In this document: positions 1-14,100 of the stretch, one piece after another
Position numbering within the stretch: position 1 is the stretch's first letter
Layout of the letters: each line of letters begins with the position of its first letter
Program-made: the position numbers and the translations under genes
The notes under the pieces: model-generated
Database searches by the model: none
What the model was told of the DNA's origin: nothing
The model's input: only the letters and a program-made list of their open reading frames with translations
From: Tubiluchus corallicola
Taxonomy: Eukaryota > Animalia > Priapulida
DNA length: 64,000 nt
Assembly: GCA_030141605.1 (NCBI GenBank)
Contig: JAQGDQ010000945.1
Span: 14,403-78,402 of the forward strand
Direction: 5' to 3'

Positions 1-3000
1 TATGTACTTTTGTTTTCTGTATGAAATTGCTAATTTGGCCTATAAGTACTGGGGGGGGGGGGGGTGGCTCTACGTAGATTGATGCCATAGCAAAAATATT
101 TTTATTGCCCTCTTCTCATCAGTCAATCCCTCACCCTGCAGCCCCACGAAACTCGCAAAATTGAATTTTTCCTGTGTAATATTATAATAAAGTAAAATGG
201 TATCTGCAAATAGTTGAGGAGAGACCGTCAATAACCGTGTTATGGCTAGGTCTCTTAGACTTCGCAAGCAAGTTTCGTGTACATTAGGTTTAAACATGTA
301 TTACAGTACACTGAACTATTTACTATCAACCACGTGTGTTGATTGAACTTGAAATTTGGTTTACGGCCCCTTTGAACGTATGGGTCTTTAGAAGCAATCA
401 AATTTCTGCAATTTCTACTACTATGGTTTAGATTTACCCTAAGCCCTTTCGTCAGAAATTTTTGAAACTCTAACTCCTCTCTTTCACGTATACACCCATT
501 TCACTAGCTTCACCATCTTCACAATCACAACTCTGGTCTGTTTGCATATACTTCTTTTAGCGAATCTTTTTGATGTGCAACATTGCCAATTGCCAAGTTT
601 TTTACCTTTCGTTTTCTGTATTTAGCTCATGAAAACTTCGATTCTTATAGGTTTATCTGCCATAATTACGTAAATTGTATGTAAACTTTAGCCCTTTTTT
701 ATTAAGGGAGGGATCATTACTATAACCACTTACATAGCTCTGCTGCTCTGGCTCTATAGTAGAAAATTCAGGCATAAGCAGTGTAATGTATGCCTGAAAT
801 GACATAATCTTAGGAAACCAGATAAAGCAAAAGTAAGGTGTTTTGCTGCGTGAAGACATTTGCCAGCATCAATAAATCATTCATTTGACAGGAAAATAAC
901 GCAATTAGTTCGTTTCGTTTAATTAAAGTGTTGTGCACTTAAACATACTTGATGTTATTACTTTAAATTTACTTATGCTGAACTTAAAAATTAAAGAATT
1001 AGCTTTAGAATTTGACACCCTAGGCAACTGCCTAATTTGCCTAGTGGTATACCCGGTCCTATAATAGCAGAGTTTGCAATGTACAAAATTGTGTTACCAT
1101 TACCACTCCCTCGTACGTAGACTGTCACTGTTTTACAACATTGGCATTTGCGTATTGTTGCTGATCTTTATTAACTGTATTTTTTAGTGGTGATAAGTAA
1201 CGTTTACTTGTACTTCCTTTTCAGTTTTATGAACTTTTAAGTAATAAATTTGCAGAGCTTTTTACCCTGTAGCTTTGCTTAAGTGTGTGTACCATTGGGC
1301 TTTGAAGAACTGAATAAGTAAACATTGTAATTTAAAAATTAACTCTATTGCTTATAATAAAGTTTGTAAAGGTTACACTCACATGTGCAGTTCTTTACCT
1401 TAAGTTATCTAGGCTAGATTGCTCATAATAAACCAATGATGCTGTGGCTTGCAAAACTAGAACTTTGGGTCTTGTTACTTATATTTTTTCTTATATTTAT
1501 AGGTCATAGTACTTCGGCACTTAATACAATTTTGTATGGGCCTAATAGTGAAATGTCTCGCAGATGTTAATAACTGTTACATAACCCATTTTAGCTTTAA
1601 ACGCTCATAGTTAGTCTCACAGTCTATGAGTCACAGAATTTTATTAATGAGAAACCAATACCACTGAGTTGCTTGTGGTGGTACTGGATTATTATTGCAT
1701 GTATGTCCATTTTATGTACTACCTGTGGTGCATACAGGTAATGTACAACAATTTCTTCTTGTACCAATGATTTTGTTTCAACTGCTGGTAAGATAGTGAA
1801 AATTTGTCATGCTAATCGTTCATATCTATTATTTAATCGAAGCAGGAGCGTTTAGAATTTTTTAGAGAAATGTTGATATTCGTCGGTACAAACACCTCAG
1901 GTATTGATACACTGTAAAACTTTTGTGTTTTATATTGTACCTTCTAGTCTGGCTTTTCTACTCAGAGAGTCTTGACATTTGATGAGTGAATGTTTACTGC
2001 TGACTCAATTTTAGCTTTTGTGTTCTTTCTCAGGTAGCTACACATTAATTCTATAATGCTGACCATATCATATTGTAAAATGCCAAATCACGTTGTTGCA
2101 TATTTCTTGCCAAGAAAATTTCTAGTATTTTATGTGACGTTTTCATGATTTTCTTGATATATATATATATATATGTTACTAGAATGCGTATAAAAGGACA
2201 AAATGAGCTAGAATGACAAGAAGTAACATCTTCACAGACTAAATGGTCTTAGTGGAAAAATGCTTGACTAAGCAAACTTTTCTGTTTGTTTCATCAAATA
2301 AATTGCATATATGTGTGTTTGTGTGTGTGTGTGTGCGCGCGTGTGACCTAAAATCTAGAGCAAAATTCCACGAGTTTAAATATTTCGTAAATTTCTTTAA
2401 GGCAGTAATCTCTTGTCTGTTAAAATAGTTCCATATAGAATATAGAGTGGTTCCATATAGGTCCAAGCCTGGATAATGCATATTTCGATCATAAATTTAT
2501 ATTGAATTTCTCCATTCAGTTATCATCACTAGTTAGTGTGCTTCATTGAATTCAGTGCTTTTCTGAAGGGAGTGGAGTTTCTGCATTGTACTTTAACAGT
2601 CATGATGGTAGTTGGTTGTTTCTTTAAAATATAAGGATGTTCTAGTAGAGCTTTAGAAAAGCAGGCAGCCAATTCACGGCTATAATTATTGGGGTTGGGG
2701 TACCATTATAGCAAAACATCCAACTGCTATCTTGGCTGTTGCAATTCCAAGTGAACAGTCCGATTAAGCCCAGAATCCTTGGTGATCGCTGCAGGGATCA
2801 TTAGGGTTCATTACATTAGTTTTTCACTTGAATTCACTTTCACTTCTTAGATTTCAAAATTCTGTGAGGTTTGGTCAAGCACACTCACTTTGAATTTATT
2901 GGATTCTAAATGTCTTGGATCTACTCTCTGTGTGTGTAACACAGCTTAAGTTATAGTCAATTTCGTTTTATGCCGCGTACTAGATAACTCTATTCTTGCT

Positions 3001-3365
3001 TATTAGCCTATGCTAATACTCCCACTTCTCTTATCATATTTAGCAAAAGCTTAAGTTTCATCAAAAACCTTTTTCTTGCACGAATCATTCAGCTTAACAT
3101 TTTCTGCAATAACACGCAAATGTTTTGGGGTTAACCCTTGGTTCTCATTGCTACAGAAAGTACATTGACTTGTTTGCTTTAAACACATAGCTTCATGCTC
3201 TATGCTACTTCTTACTGTTCAAACGCCAAACAGTTTTCCTTGCAGCCTGAGTAAATTTCGCACATGTACATTTCTCGAACAAGTGCATTCTGAACCATTT
3301 GTGGAGTATATGGCTAGAAGCAAAATGAACAGCTGAATGATCACGATATAAAATAAGTTATACAT

Positions 3366-3490
3366 GGTTAAAAAGTTAAGCAGCATCACGACCAGTTATC
3401 AAAGGGTGAGTGACCATTGGGAAAACAGTTTCTCTGCAGTTCTGGTGGGTCAAAAAGTTAAGCAGCACCACGGCCAGTTATCAAAGGGTG
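3366..3490 (+). repeat. 43-bp direct repeat (82-bp period) with degenerate 5S-like box A
   Basis: ggt(t/c)aaaaagttaagcagca(t/c)cacg(a/g)ccagttatcaaagggtg at 3366-3408 and 3448-3490. Confidence 0.75.
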
Positions 3491-4685
3491 TTTCGCTCGT
3501 TAGGGAAGGAAGTGTACACCCCTGGAGTTGCCCAAGACACCTTAATCTGTGCAGTGTCCTATCTTAGAGGATTATTGTTGATGTTGAGATATGTTCCGGT
3601 CTTCTCACTGACCACAACCATTCAGCAGCAACAGGCCTGTTACTCAGTACTAGATTCAGGCTAGCAGGAGAGCCAAGGATGCGGTGATCTATGGATATTT
3701 GTGGGTCTTTCACGATTTTCCTTTAATAAAAAAAATGAAATGGTGTGCAAGTTTTACGCCTAATTAAAGCTCCATCCGTCTTGCTAAACGTCAGAAAAGC
3801 TCTGAACTTACTATTGATGAGAATTAAGAAATGCGCGTAGTGATTGTAGCAAGGTTAATGCGGTATTAAAATCATGATCAGAATGCAATCTGTTCAAATG
3901 TCATGTAATAGAATACCCAGGTAAGCCATTTTTTATGTCGAATTTCAATTTATTTTGCTATCGTAAGAAAATTTCTTCGGCGGCTTTAGAAGACTCAGTC
4001 ATACTTATAGTGTATTGTACGCTCTAATTATAGAAATATACAGCCAGAATGTTATCAGAAAAAATCCCAATTGCATACATAAACAGAAATTTTGATATTG
4101 TAGTAACTCTTAGCTGTTTTTGCCTTTTACACATGCAACTTAAATGTGAGGTATTTCAGATCAGGAAGTACTGTACAAAACGGACTAAGGCTCCGTAAAT
4201 AGGCGATGAATTGTCATGAATCGGATTTTTGATTTAAGATCTTAAATTCAAGATGCAGCATTTCTTAATCCACGAGCTGGTCCCTTGACCAGTAGCCGAA
4301 CTTGTTCAAAAAGAATAGTTGTTGCAGAAACGGAATTGGTAGTGAATTGTCTCTTTTTGCATAATCGTTAGGCAGCAGAATCTACGTAAAAACACGTTGT
4401 GGACCGAGCCCAAAGTTTTCTATCTGTGATATGTTTGGTTATATCCTACTAAATGCACCTCCCATGTCGCTAACGAATAGCTTATTTGATGTTCCGGGCC
4501 CAACTTTTCTTTAGACACAATTTTAATTGGGCTTTTTATGTGAGGTGTCAGAAAGCTTTTTTGTGGAAAAAAAGTGCTCTGTAAAGAATTTAAAATGCTG
4601 TCTCAAGGTCAAGGATTTGTTTATTTATTTTATGGAGCTGTAACCGTGGTAACTTTTTGCAGGTTTTTGAAGTGTCTAGTTGGAA

Positions 4686-4795
4686 ATGGGGCGCAAGGTC
4701 AACCTTGCGTATCTTAGGCCAGATGAGTGCGAGAAAATTCTCTCCGTCGTTCAGAAGGATTTAGATCTTCGAGAGAAGGAGACACAACGTCTTCG
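4686..4795 (+). CDS. MYRIP: MyRIP-like coding exon 1 (SHD1 helix); not in the ORF track
   Basis: Acceptor ttttgcag ends at 4662; ATG at 4686; MGRKVNLAYLRPDECEKILSVVQKDLDLREKETQRL; donor CG|gtagg (phase 2). Confidence 0.92.
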
Positions 4796-7700
4796 GTAGG
4801 TTTCGGTTCTATTCTGACAAAGTTATCATGTACGTCCATCTAGTTTTTGTATAGCGCCTCGTACTTACTCATGCAGTTAAATGTGTTTTACACAAATTTT
4901 CCCTTTCTTAGAATCAGTAAAATTATTCTTTTTATGACAGTTCTATAGCAGTGCTTTGAGTTAAAGTCATACTAATGTATTAACCTTAAACAAATTTCTG
5001 CATCAGTTGATTCTAGTCATGGCTGTTGACTTGTTGTGTATCAAATGACCCCATACTTGTACGCTGAGGCTTATATTAATGGTACTTGCGTCGTAAATGC
5101 TGGTATTGTAGACATATAGCCTCATAACTTGATGAAGGTACCACTATATTCACTGTTTATTAATGATACTAGCAAACAAGCTTATTGATATGAACGATTG
5201 CGTTTAAATGTGGCAGCTCATACAACACATATCATGTAGTTGTATGCTGAAAGAAAAACTGGTGCTTTGCATAGGCCACATTTAATAATGGAATGTAAAT
5301 ATTCAATGTATCGGAATTAAATTGCATAAATCAGACACGAGTACAACTTATAAATTACATAAATTAGTTCCAGCTATTGCCGTTGCCGTATTACATATGT
5401 GAACTCACCTTATTGAATTTGAATCACTCCCCAACTTTTTAGGTAACTTTTGCGTTGACCCACTTTGGCTTGTTCAGCTTTTGTTACGATTTCATAATGA
5501 AACTTCTGCTGTCTGACTCGGTCTCAAATCGCCCAACCCTTTATTGTTATCATCATGTCACATTATGTTCATAATTGAATTACTTTAAATTTACTTGCCG
5601 ATTAGGAAGCTAATTAAGCCTTTATTTTGAATGATAATTGATCAAAATTAAACCAAAAACTCTAAAAAAGCAAGATCAAGTCAAAGCATGTTTCCACCCG
5701 CGGAGGGCATTTATATCTGCTCTTTAGTAAAGAATAAATTATTTTTCTCTAAGTTATGCATGTGCACACACCGACTTATTTGGGGTGTGTTATGTTTGTG
5801 CACCGTTGTAATAATTATTGCGTTGTTTTGTGTGACCCAGTATTCGACACAATGGCTTAGTAAAACGAAGCATAGTGTCGAGTGCTTGTGCTGTATGTTT
5901 AAAAGGATTTTGCTACAAGCTTCTCTGTTCCCCCACTCACTGGTTTGTCCTTAATCTCAACACCTCTAGGCAAATACCTTGTGTACAGTAGCTGGCGTGG
6001 CTTGTGTTGAGAAGGAATGTATGTACCCCCTAGCGTAGGCTGTGTGAGCGATGACTAGGTTAGTCAAGTATTTAAGTTTTTATTCTGAACAGTAGCTCAG
6101 CCGGTTGAAGTAATTAAGCACTTTAACTGAAGTATTTTTACCAGTTTGCGTGTTAGTGAACAAATTTTTTTGTGAGATGCAAACACAATTTCATTTTCAA
6201 ACAACAATTTTCTTGCTAGAGTAAGCGTCAAATAGTAATGAAAAAAGCAAACATATGCTTTACAAAGTAATGATAGTACAGATATTGTTATGTGCAGTAA
6301 GCATGCTAAACTCGAATTATTCAAAATCCTGACTTAGCTTTTTCGCTTTACTGTTATGATCCAAGCGTGATTACTCCAGTAAACAATTATAAGTCACTGG
6401 GTGTTTAAGGGATTTATCTGGAAATCATTTATTCGAAAGACGTTAAGCAGGAAGTCACTTATTTAAAATTGAAAGCAATTGTATCTAACTTCCCCTTACA
6501 AGCCACTACCCGCAAGATTGACGCTCATGCTCATGATATTTTGACATTCTTAACGAACGTCATTTTAAAACTAATAAATTTAAAACTTGAGAAAGGCGAA
6601 AAAGCTGCATGTTTATTCACCTTGATAATGACCGACAACCTCCCGACTTTAAACCTTTCGTTTATGTAGTATTATATTGTTTTTCCGCCATTTCTTTTCT
6701 TATCATTATACATACAAATGTCAATCTTCGTGTTAAACATATAAATATGATTTTAACAGGCTGTAACAGCTCAAAAGTAGAGGTTTGTTGTTATTTTTTT
6801 AAACAAACAAATAATTTCAGTTTCAAATTGTTTCTTCAATTATCTTATATTTTTTACCCTCCAGTTGTCCTCTTTGAGGCTGTTTGTCTAACAGGCGTTG
6901 CTCAATGTTAGACGCTGAATTTTACCAGTTTGTCAACACCTCAGGGCTCTGTTCTTTCACAATCCTATGTTTGACATTGAATGGAGGCTGTAAATTGATA
7001 CTGGCGTGGTTTTTAAGTGCAAGTATTGATAAAGAATGTTAAATCGCTTTTTAAAAGTAAAGTTTTCAATCCCTCAAAAATTTCTCTCTCAAAAATTTTC
7101 TCTCTTTGTTAATCGAACTCGCGTCTTCTGCATTTCGAGTTTCTTTACACTACAGAAAAATTTGATCTTTCTAACACAGAACTTGACTAAGCCAGCTACA
7201 AAAGGCATTTATAATCTTGATTTTAATAAAAGTTTATACACATTGTGCAGTAGTCAGATTAATAATATGGACTCTAGGTGTATTGCGAAGATGAACAAAA
7301 TGCGTTTGACAGCTTTTACTTAAAGAAAATATTAAAGGGAACGATTTGCTAACGTTAATTTATTTTCATAGTATTCTTTAAAGGTGACTGGCTGTTTAAC
7401 AGTTTATGCTTTGGTGCTAGTCTTTTTGAATTTGTTTTCCGTGAAACGCTGAATCATTTATTTATAGATTATGATATTAATCGAATTAAAGATAATATAC
7501 ACTATGTTAGTGTCTGTATCTAATAACTAATTCCAGAGGGCGATACCAATGTTGTAAACACTGTATTGTGGTATACTGTGTTATTAGTGATTGGAAAGAA
7601 AAAGGGAGTTTATGCTGGCGCTTTCAAAAAACAGAGTTTTCTAAATTTTCAAAAGTCACAGTCAGTTGTGAGCCTTGTGAGTAAAAAAACACTTTAACCT

Positions 7701-8113
7701 ACAGGCTATAGCGAAGATCTCTTATTTGGTCTTGTACCAAATACCTGGGTTATCAATGCTAATTTCATTGAGGCCTAATAAGCTCTGTTTATTTACATAG
7801 TAGTTGCTAGTTTGTGTATGGCAAACATACTAAACAAGATTAGGTAGCACTGTTGTCATTTACTAAATAATAGATATCTCACTGAAAATGTATGCTCTAA
7901 AAGTTATTATTACTATATGAAATGTTGGATGCCAGTAGCTGTGTGTAAATAAGGCACGGTATTCTACTGCTTGTTTGTTGGGTCACAGTGCACATTCTAA
8001 CACGAGAATCATACGAAATGGTTCAAGTCACTTGATGAGTCATTGGTGGCTATTATAAATTTCATCTGTGACCGTTACAACCTCGTAGAATTTCCTGGTG
8101 GTGAATTATTAGA

Positions 8114-8152
<39 letters not shown>

Positions 8153-11100
8153 TATATATATATAATGCTATTCGTTGTTTTAATGTAATGCAATGCAATG
8201 TAGCAATTTTTCATTAATTTTATCGAGATGTGATGTGAGATCACATAATGCAATTGCTGCACTTCAAGCTGCTGCAGATTAATAACGGGATGTGATATGA
8301 AATGATATAATGCAATGCAATGCAATGTAACTTCATCTAATTTCAACATAATAGAATGCAGTATAACATAATTTATTGTAATTTAGTGTGAGTGGCCGTG
8401 TATTCACAAGAAAAGCGAAGTCACACTTAATTCACCGAGTGTAATGCAGTGCGTATGTTACGTAATTCAGTGACAATGCAATGCAGTTTTCATTGTGTCC
8501 TGTAATGCGTCCTGTAAATTAGTGTATATAACCTGACATGTAGTATTGACATGATGCAGTTATAAGGAAATGTACCAAATATAGCTTTGTTTTTGTACTA
8601 CAACTTTGTATAGTTATTTTAACATGCATTATTCAATAATTATGCTGCATATGTAAGGATGTATGTAACTTAGTATGCGGGGAAATTCTGGCTTGGAATA
8701 AACAATATTACTTCTTATCACTATTACTACAATAGATAGGTAATGCATTGCAGCATGATAAATGCAGTGCAGTGTTATCTTGATATACCTTCACATCTCA
8801 GTTCAAACACCACCTCACATTTAGCTAGTTGTAAATGTTTTAAGATGTTTTTGCTTTATTTTTGCAGTGTGATCTCAAGGGATGTATCGCAGAAGCAAGC
8901 TGAAATGGGAGTCTTGAGTAAGAAAGAGCATTTTAATGAGAAACATTGCATGCGATGCTGTGCCACTTTTTCGTTCTTTTTCTGGAAGAAACAGCTCTGT
9001 GTAGAATGCAAGTATTTTGTGTGCAAGGAATGCGCCGCATGGGATAAACTGTGCAGTGTCTGGGTATGCAACGTGTGTGAAAAACAAAGGTACATTCGTT
9101 TTTATTAACTAGCCCAGCTAATTAATGATAATGGTTTTTCAGTTTAAAATTAAGGCAGATAAGTTTTCTGAAGTTTTTTTCTATATTCGTAATGTCGTCC
9201 AAAACACTGTTTTTTTCAATGTGCTAGCTGCTAGTAGCAAGTGTGCTTAGTCAATAAGACCTGCTATTACAAGTGTAGAAGTGTAGCAGATTTTTTTTGT
9301 TTTTCTGTTTCGTGCATTGTGAAACACATAATTCAGATTATTCATGCTTCAAGTGCTTTACATTTTGCACGGGATTTAATTTTATACACTTTGTATAAAG
9401 CTATAATTAAGTAAATTGCAGCACGGTAGTATACTTGTATATGTAAGATACACATACATATGCTGTATATGTAAGATGGGTCTTTTAAATGAAACCAAAT
9501 CATTTGTTTTTATCCCAATAAAAATATGTAGAAGATAAGTATAAATTAATTAACCAAACGAATGGGAAGGATGGCGAAAAAAAATCAATTATCGGATCAG
9601 CCACTCCAGCTTGCAACTTGTATTTAAATAAGACCCTGTAACTTTGATTTACAAATTTTTTTATTGTCGCACGCTTTTGTCAAGTTAAGTACACATGTAT
9701 CTGCACATTTTTTGTTTGATAGCAGAGTGGAATAAATAACAGAGCATCCCACATGTTAATCAGATAAGTCACTTTTCAGGTGGATATGTGGCAAATGCCG
9801 TTATCGTGAGGAAGCAGTTGGACCTCAAATCTCTATTCTTTTGAGTTGCAGTTAGTCGTTGCTTATAAAACTCAAGAATAATCTTGCTATATCTAAAAAA
9901 ATGTTTAATTATTTTGTGCAGAGATCTGACATTGGCTGCCTGCGATTGGTTCTACTTCAATGTGCGGCAGAAGTTTCGACATTTTGGCAGTTCTAAGGTC
10001 ATACGGAGTCTGTATAAACATGGAATTACGGGAAAAACTCGTAAGTTATCAATAGTTTTCCAGCACTATTCAGTCATAAACTGCTTGTATGTTATAATTA
10101 GTTGTTTTTTAACAATTTTTCTTAAATCTAGAATTATACTAATTTGCACTAAATGTAATGCATTCTGTAGTGCTGATGTTTTCTAGTGTTGCTGCCGTCA
10201 ATGTTGCATGCAGTGACCTTGTTTTGGAATTGGACATTGTGCAGAAATCTTGTTATATTTTCTCACAGTCTTTGCTTCCACCGCCTCCACCCCACCCTGC
10301 CCCATTATTATGAACAATAAGCTTGCTTGCCTTTCTATTGTATAAACTGTATGAACCGGAAACGTTTGAACCATTTTTGGTCTCTAATGGGTTTAAGTAA
10401 GTAATAAATTATTTACAAAAACGACTGGATACTAGCTCAGTCTAACTCTAACACATATATTTTGTAAATTTTTTATAAATGTCATCATTGTCAGTATTTG
10501 TCCCTGATTTACAGGTAATGCTAAACAAACTTAAACTAATCAGCTCACCTGAGCTAGCCATGATTTTCATCTGTATTACTCTCAGATAAAATAGTTGATA
10601 ATCTGTTCCCCATGTATTCGGTTGAATTTTTTATCGGAGATTAGTGGTTATGTCTTGGATGTGAAATTCGCATGTGTGAAAGCAGTACCACAATTTTTTT
10701 CTATTCTTGTAATTATACACCAATAGTTGTTGCAGTTTCTAAAATTCTCAAACTGCTTAATCACCTGCACTTTGTTTTATGTTAGGACCCGCAATAGAAG
10801 CCAATGAGACATCAGATTCTCACCGAGAACAACTTAGTGAAGAAGAGATTGAAGTATGGGAGCACATCGAGCAATTAGTAGAACATACGATAGGTGAAGG
10901 ACTACGTTACAGTCAAACCAGCACGATGTTTAATCATGCAGATTGTAAGTTTTGAAGATTTCTTTGATTAGAAGCGTTTTTGTCTGAAAGTATGGTTACT
11001 TTTTTAAACGGTTGAAGCCCGACCTGAGCATAAGATAGTGAAGTTGGTGTGTCGACCAAATTGACTTTTTGAAGGGAAATTTCTGTTTTCAATGAGAGCT

Positions 11101-14100
11101 TGGAATAGACTCTTCAGAAGCTTATTGTTATAGCACACTGTTAATCAGCACCGCGTTTTCAGAAGGTGAACAAATATAGATTACCGAATTAATTTTTGCT
11201 TTTTCTTAGGTTTTCTTAATTCTTTTGTTTTAGTTTTTAACAAATAACCATTGATCATTGTTTCATAGAGAACAACAAATTTTACAAAATGTCATTCAAC
11301 ATGGTTAAGATGCATCCAAGTAAAACCATAATGGCAGCTACAGATTAAATAATTATAATTCTTTTACTTGCTAATTAAAATTGTTCAATTATCAGCCACA
11401 CCTCAAGGTGCACAGAGATTGTTACTAGGGTATAATTATGAACGTCAAACCTGAAACGTTTCAAATACGTAGTTTCAGGTATGAAGAGGCAATTTTGTTG
11501 ATTTTAACTTTTTATGTAGACAGTAGTTTACGTGCTGCTTTAAAGTAATTGGTTTTTTGGAGATGGCTTTGGTGATTTTACCCTTTTTGGCATGTCTAAA
11601 TGTTGTGTGTGTCCAAAGCATCTTAGTTTGAGATGTGGGTCTGCTGATTTTTCTGTGTTGGCTATATGGAGTGTTCATTAATGTTATTTTTGCTGGTTTG
11701 CTGGGAATTTTTTGTGGAGCATCGAGAAACTCTGAAAGTCTGAGCATAATCTGTTTTTACTTTGAACATGTTAAATGGTCTTTGTTGGCTTGAGTGCAGC
11801 GTGCAAAGCCGACATGTTTGTATTTCATATCTACTCAACCCGAAATGATTTGTCATCAGAATTTGGCATATATCAGAAAAGCACTGTAGTTCCTTCACCT
11901 AGGCTCATAACTTATGAATCCCATTGTAATTTATACACAGTATACACCAGTAGTGTACCACTAGTGCACTATGAGAAAGTTTGCTGGAATTCACCTGGCC
12001 TGCTTTAACATCACCACTTATATGACATCCAGTATCTAATGTATCCATGGCAAAGTGTGATGCCTATCTGGTTTTAAATAAGCTACACATCAGTTTGCTT
12101 GCTTAGTCCGTTTGGCAGAGACAGCAAACATTTGTAGATTGGATCGCTGTAATGGTTTGCATCTCAGTAATGGATAAACATTTGTAAATTCATTCAGTAT
12201 TTCTTTTATCTAAAAATTTAAATAGTTCCCAGTAACAACAATTTTTATGACTGCTAGAGGCTTTGGTGAGCGCTCAAGCCAAAAATCTGAAATGTGGGTA
12301 AGACTTCTTTTCCTTTTTTGTTTTCTGATATTTTTGGCTGCTTTATTTACTGCAGTAAGGAATGGAATTGCCACATGTTATGCATTTGATAAGAATTCTT
12401 GCTTTCTGAGTTCATGGAGGTGGATTTTTGCCTTTTTTCTTGCACTTTAGTTGTCATTGAAAATTCTCGGTTTTGGCATGGTTTTCTTTCACTTGACAGC
12501 TTCTTCTCAATGCTTAGCTGCTTGATACACTTCATTTGTTTATTATGTCAATTCCATCGTAATTTGATCGATCCAATGCAAGGTTGACTCGTTCCCGGTT
12601 AAAACCTCTTTCAGATCGGTACTTTGTGGAAACTAACCATAGCTGTTTAAAAGAAGTTTTATTACAGCTTTCACAATCTCTACTGTCTTCTATGGCAAGT
12701 AAGTCAAGCTGCACTGCGTTTGCAGATGTATACTTTCCTTTTCTTTTGAATCTTGAGGATATAGAAGTTTTTCAGTAAAAGTGAATGTGCATGCCAAAAT
12801 TGTTTTTCTGAAACTTTTTAAAATAAACTGCATTTAACTAAATAGTGTAAAGAGTTTTGAATTCCTAGAGTTTTACTAAATACTACTAAAGAAAAAAGCA
12901 TTAATAGTTGTTGAATCTTTTTTTCTTACAAATTGGATAAACGGCTTGGTTTCATAAGCAAGCCTCAACTGTGAGAAAGAGAAAAAAGTTTCTCATCATT
13001 CATTCTTTAAAATATAAACATATTTTTTAAAGTTCAAATTAGCATTTAACTTAGAAGTAGAAAGGTTCTGAAAATTGCAAATTGGCTAAGATTGGAATCC
13101 AGAGCCTTGTGATATTAGGCCATATGATGTAGTCATTTGAGCTATCAATCTTCGTGGCTAAAGCACACTTTTGGAAACAAATGATTTTTAGAATTTTTAG
13201 TGTGCTAGCTGAGAGTCAAATGTCTCACTAAATTTTTATGGCTGCTACAATGTTGCATGGTGGCGTTGATCATAAAATAGATGCCGTAAAGCAACTAGAA
13301 TACTTAATAATTTTTTAAACTTATGTTTCTTAAATTTCATTGGCTTTAAAGTGTTTATGAATTGCTTTAGGAGTGTCAGGATACAGGAGTTGTCACAAAC
13401 CCCTTAATTGTATGCACATTGTACACAATTCTGTTTTTGTAGAAATTTGGTATATAAAAATTCATTTGCATCTAACATAGACATAGACATAGACATGGAC
13501 ATAGACATTTTATTTATCTCCTCATTTACACCAGAATACAAATAGATTATTATTGCATTAGTTATTAATTAAACAGGATAAATTATGCTTAAAGGAAAGA
13601 GTTAGAGGGTGCAGGAGAATGGGAGACCAATTGATCATCAAGTCAGCTACCCAACCTAACGTGCTACTTAGTTGCCAAAAGTTGTCAATGATTATGAAAA
13701 ATAAGGGTTGTAATAAAAAATCGCTCCTTGAGCAGTCATTTAGGAAACCAACGATTCAGTATGATGCTGTTAAAAACTTTTTTGGTTTCCATAATAATGC
13801 TCAAAAAAGCATTAATAATTGGAAAATTTAAAATAAGAAGTGAAATGAAAATTGTAATATATATTGCTACTGTATACTTAGTTTAAATGTAGTGGATATT
13901 ACATTCTCTGATAGTACTAAAATCATGCAACACGCCATACAAATATGCAAGTTTGCTTGCAACTAAGGCCTTAAACTGCATTTATACCTAATGAAATTAA
14001 TATTAGCTGTTCATTGTGTGTTAACGAAATTGAAAGAAACTGTTTATGTGTGTTTTTTCTTATTAACCTGTTGCTTGTAGCTATTTTCTTTTGAGATGAA

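Noticed and set aside
1830-3926. 5' UTR exons of the MyRIP-like gene (donor-like CAG|gtattg at 1901 and CAG|gtaagc at 3921)
   Set aside because: Plausible, since the ATG exon has an acceptor, but they cannot be placed without transcript data.
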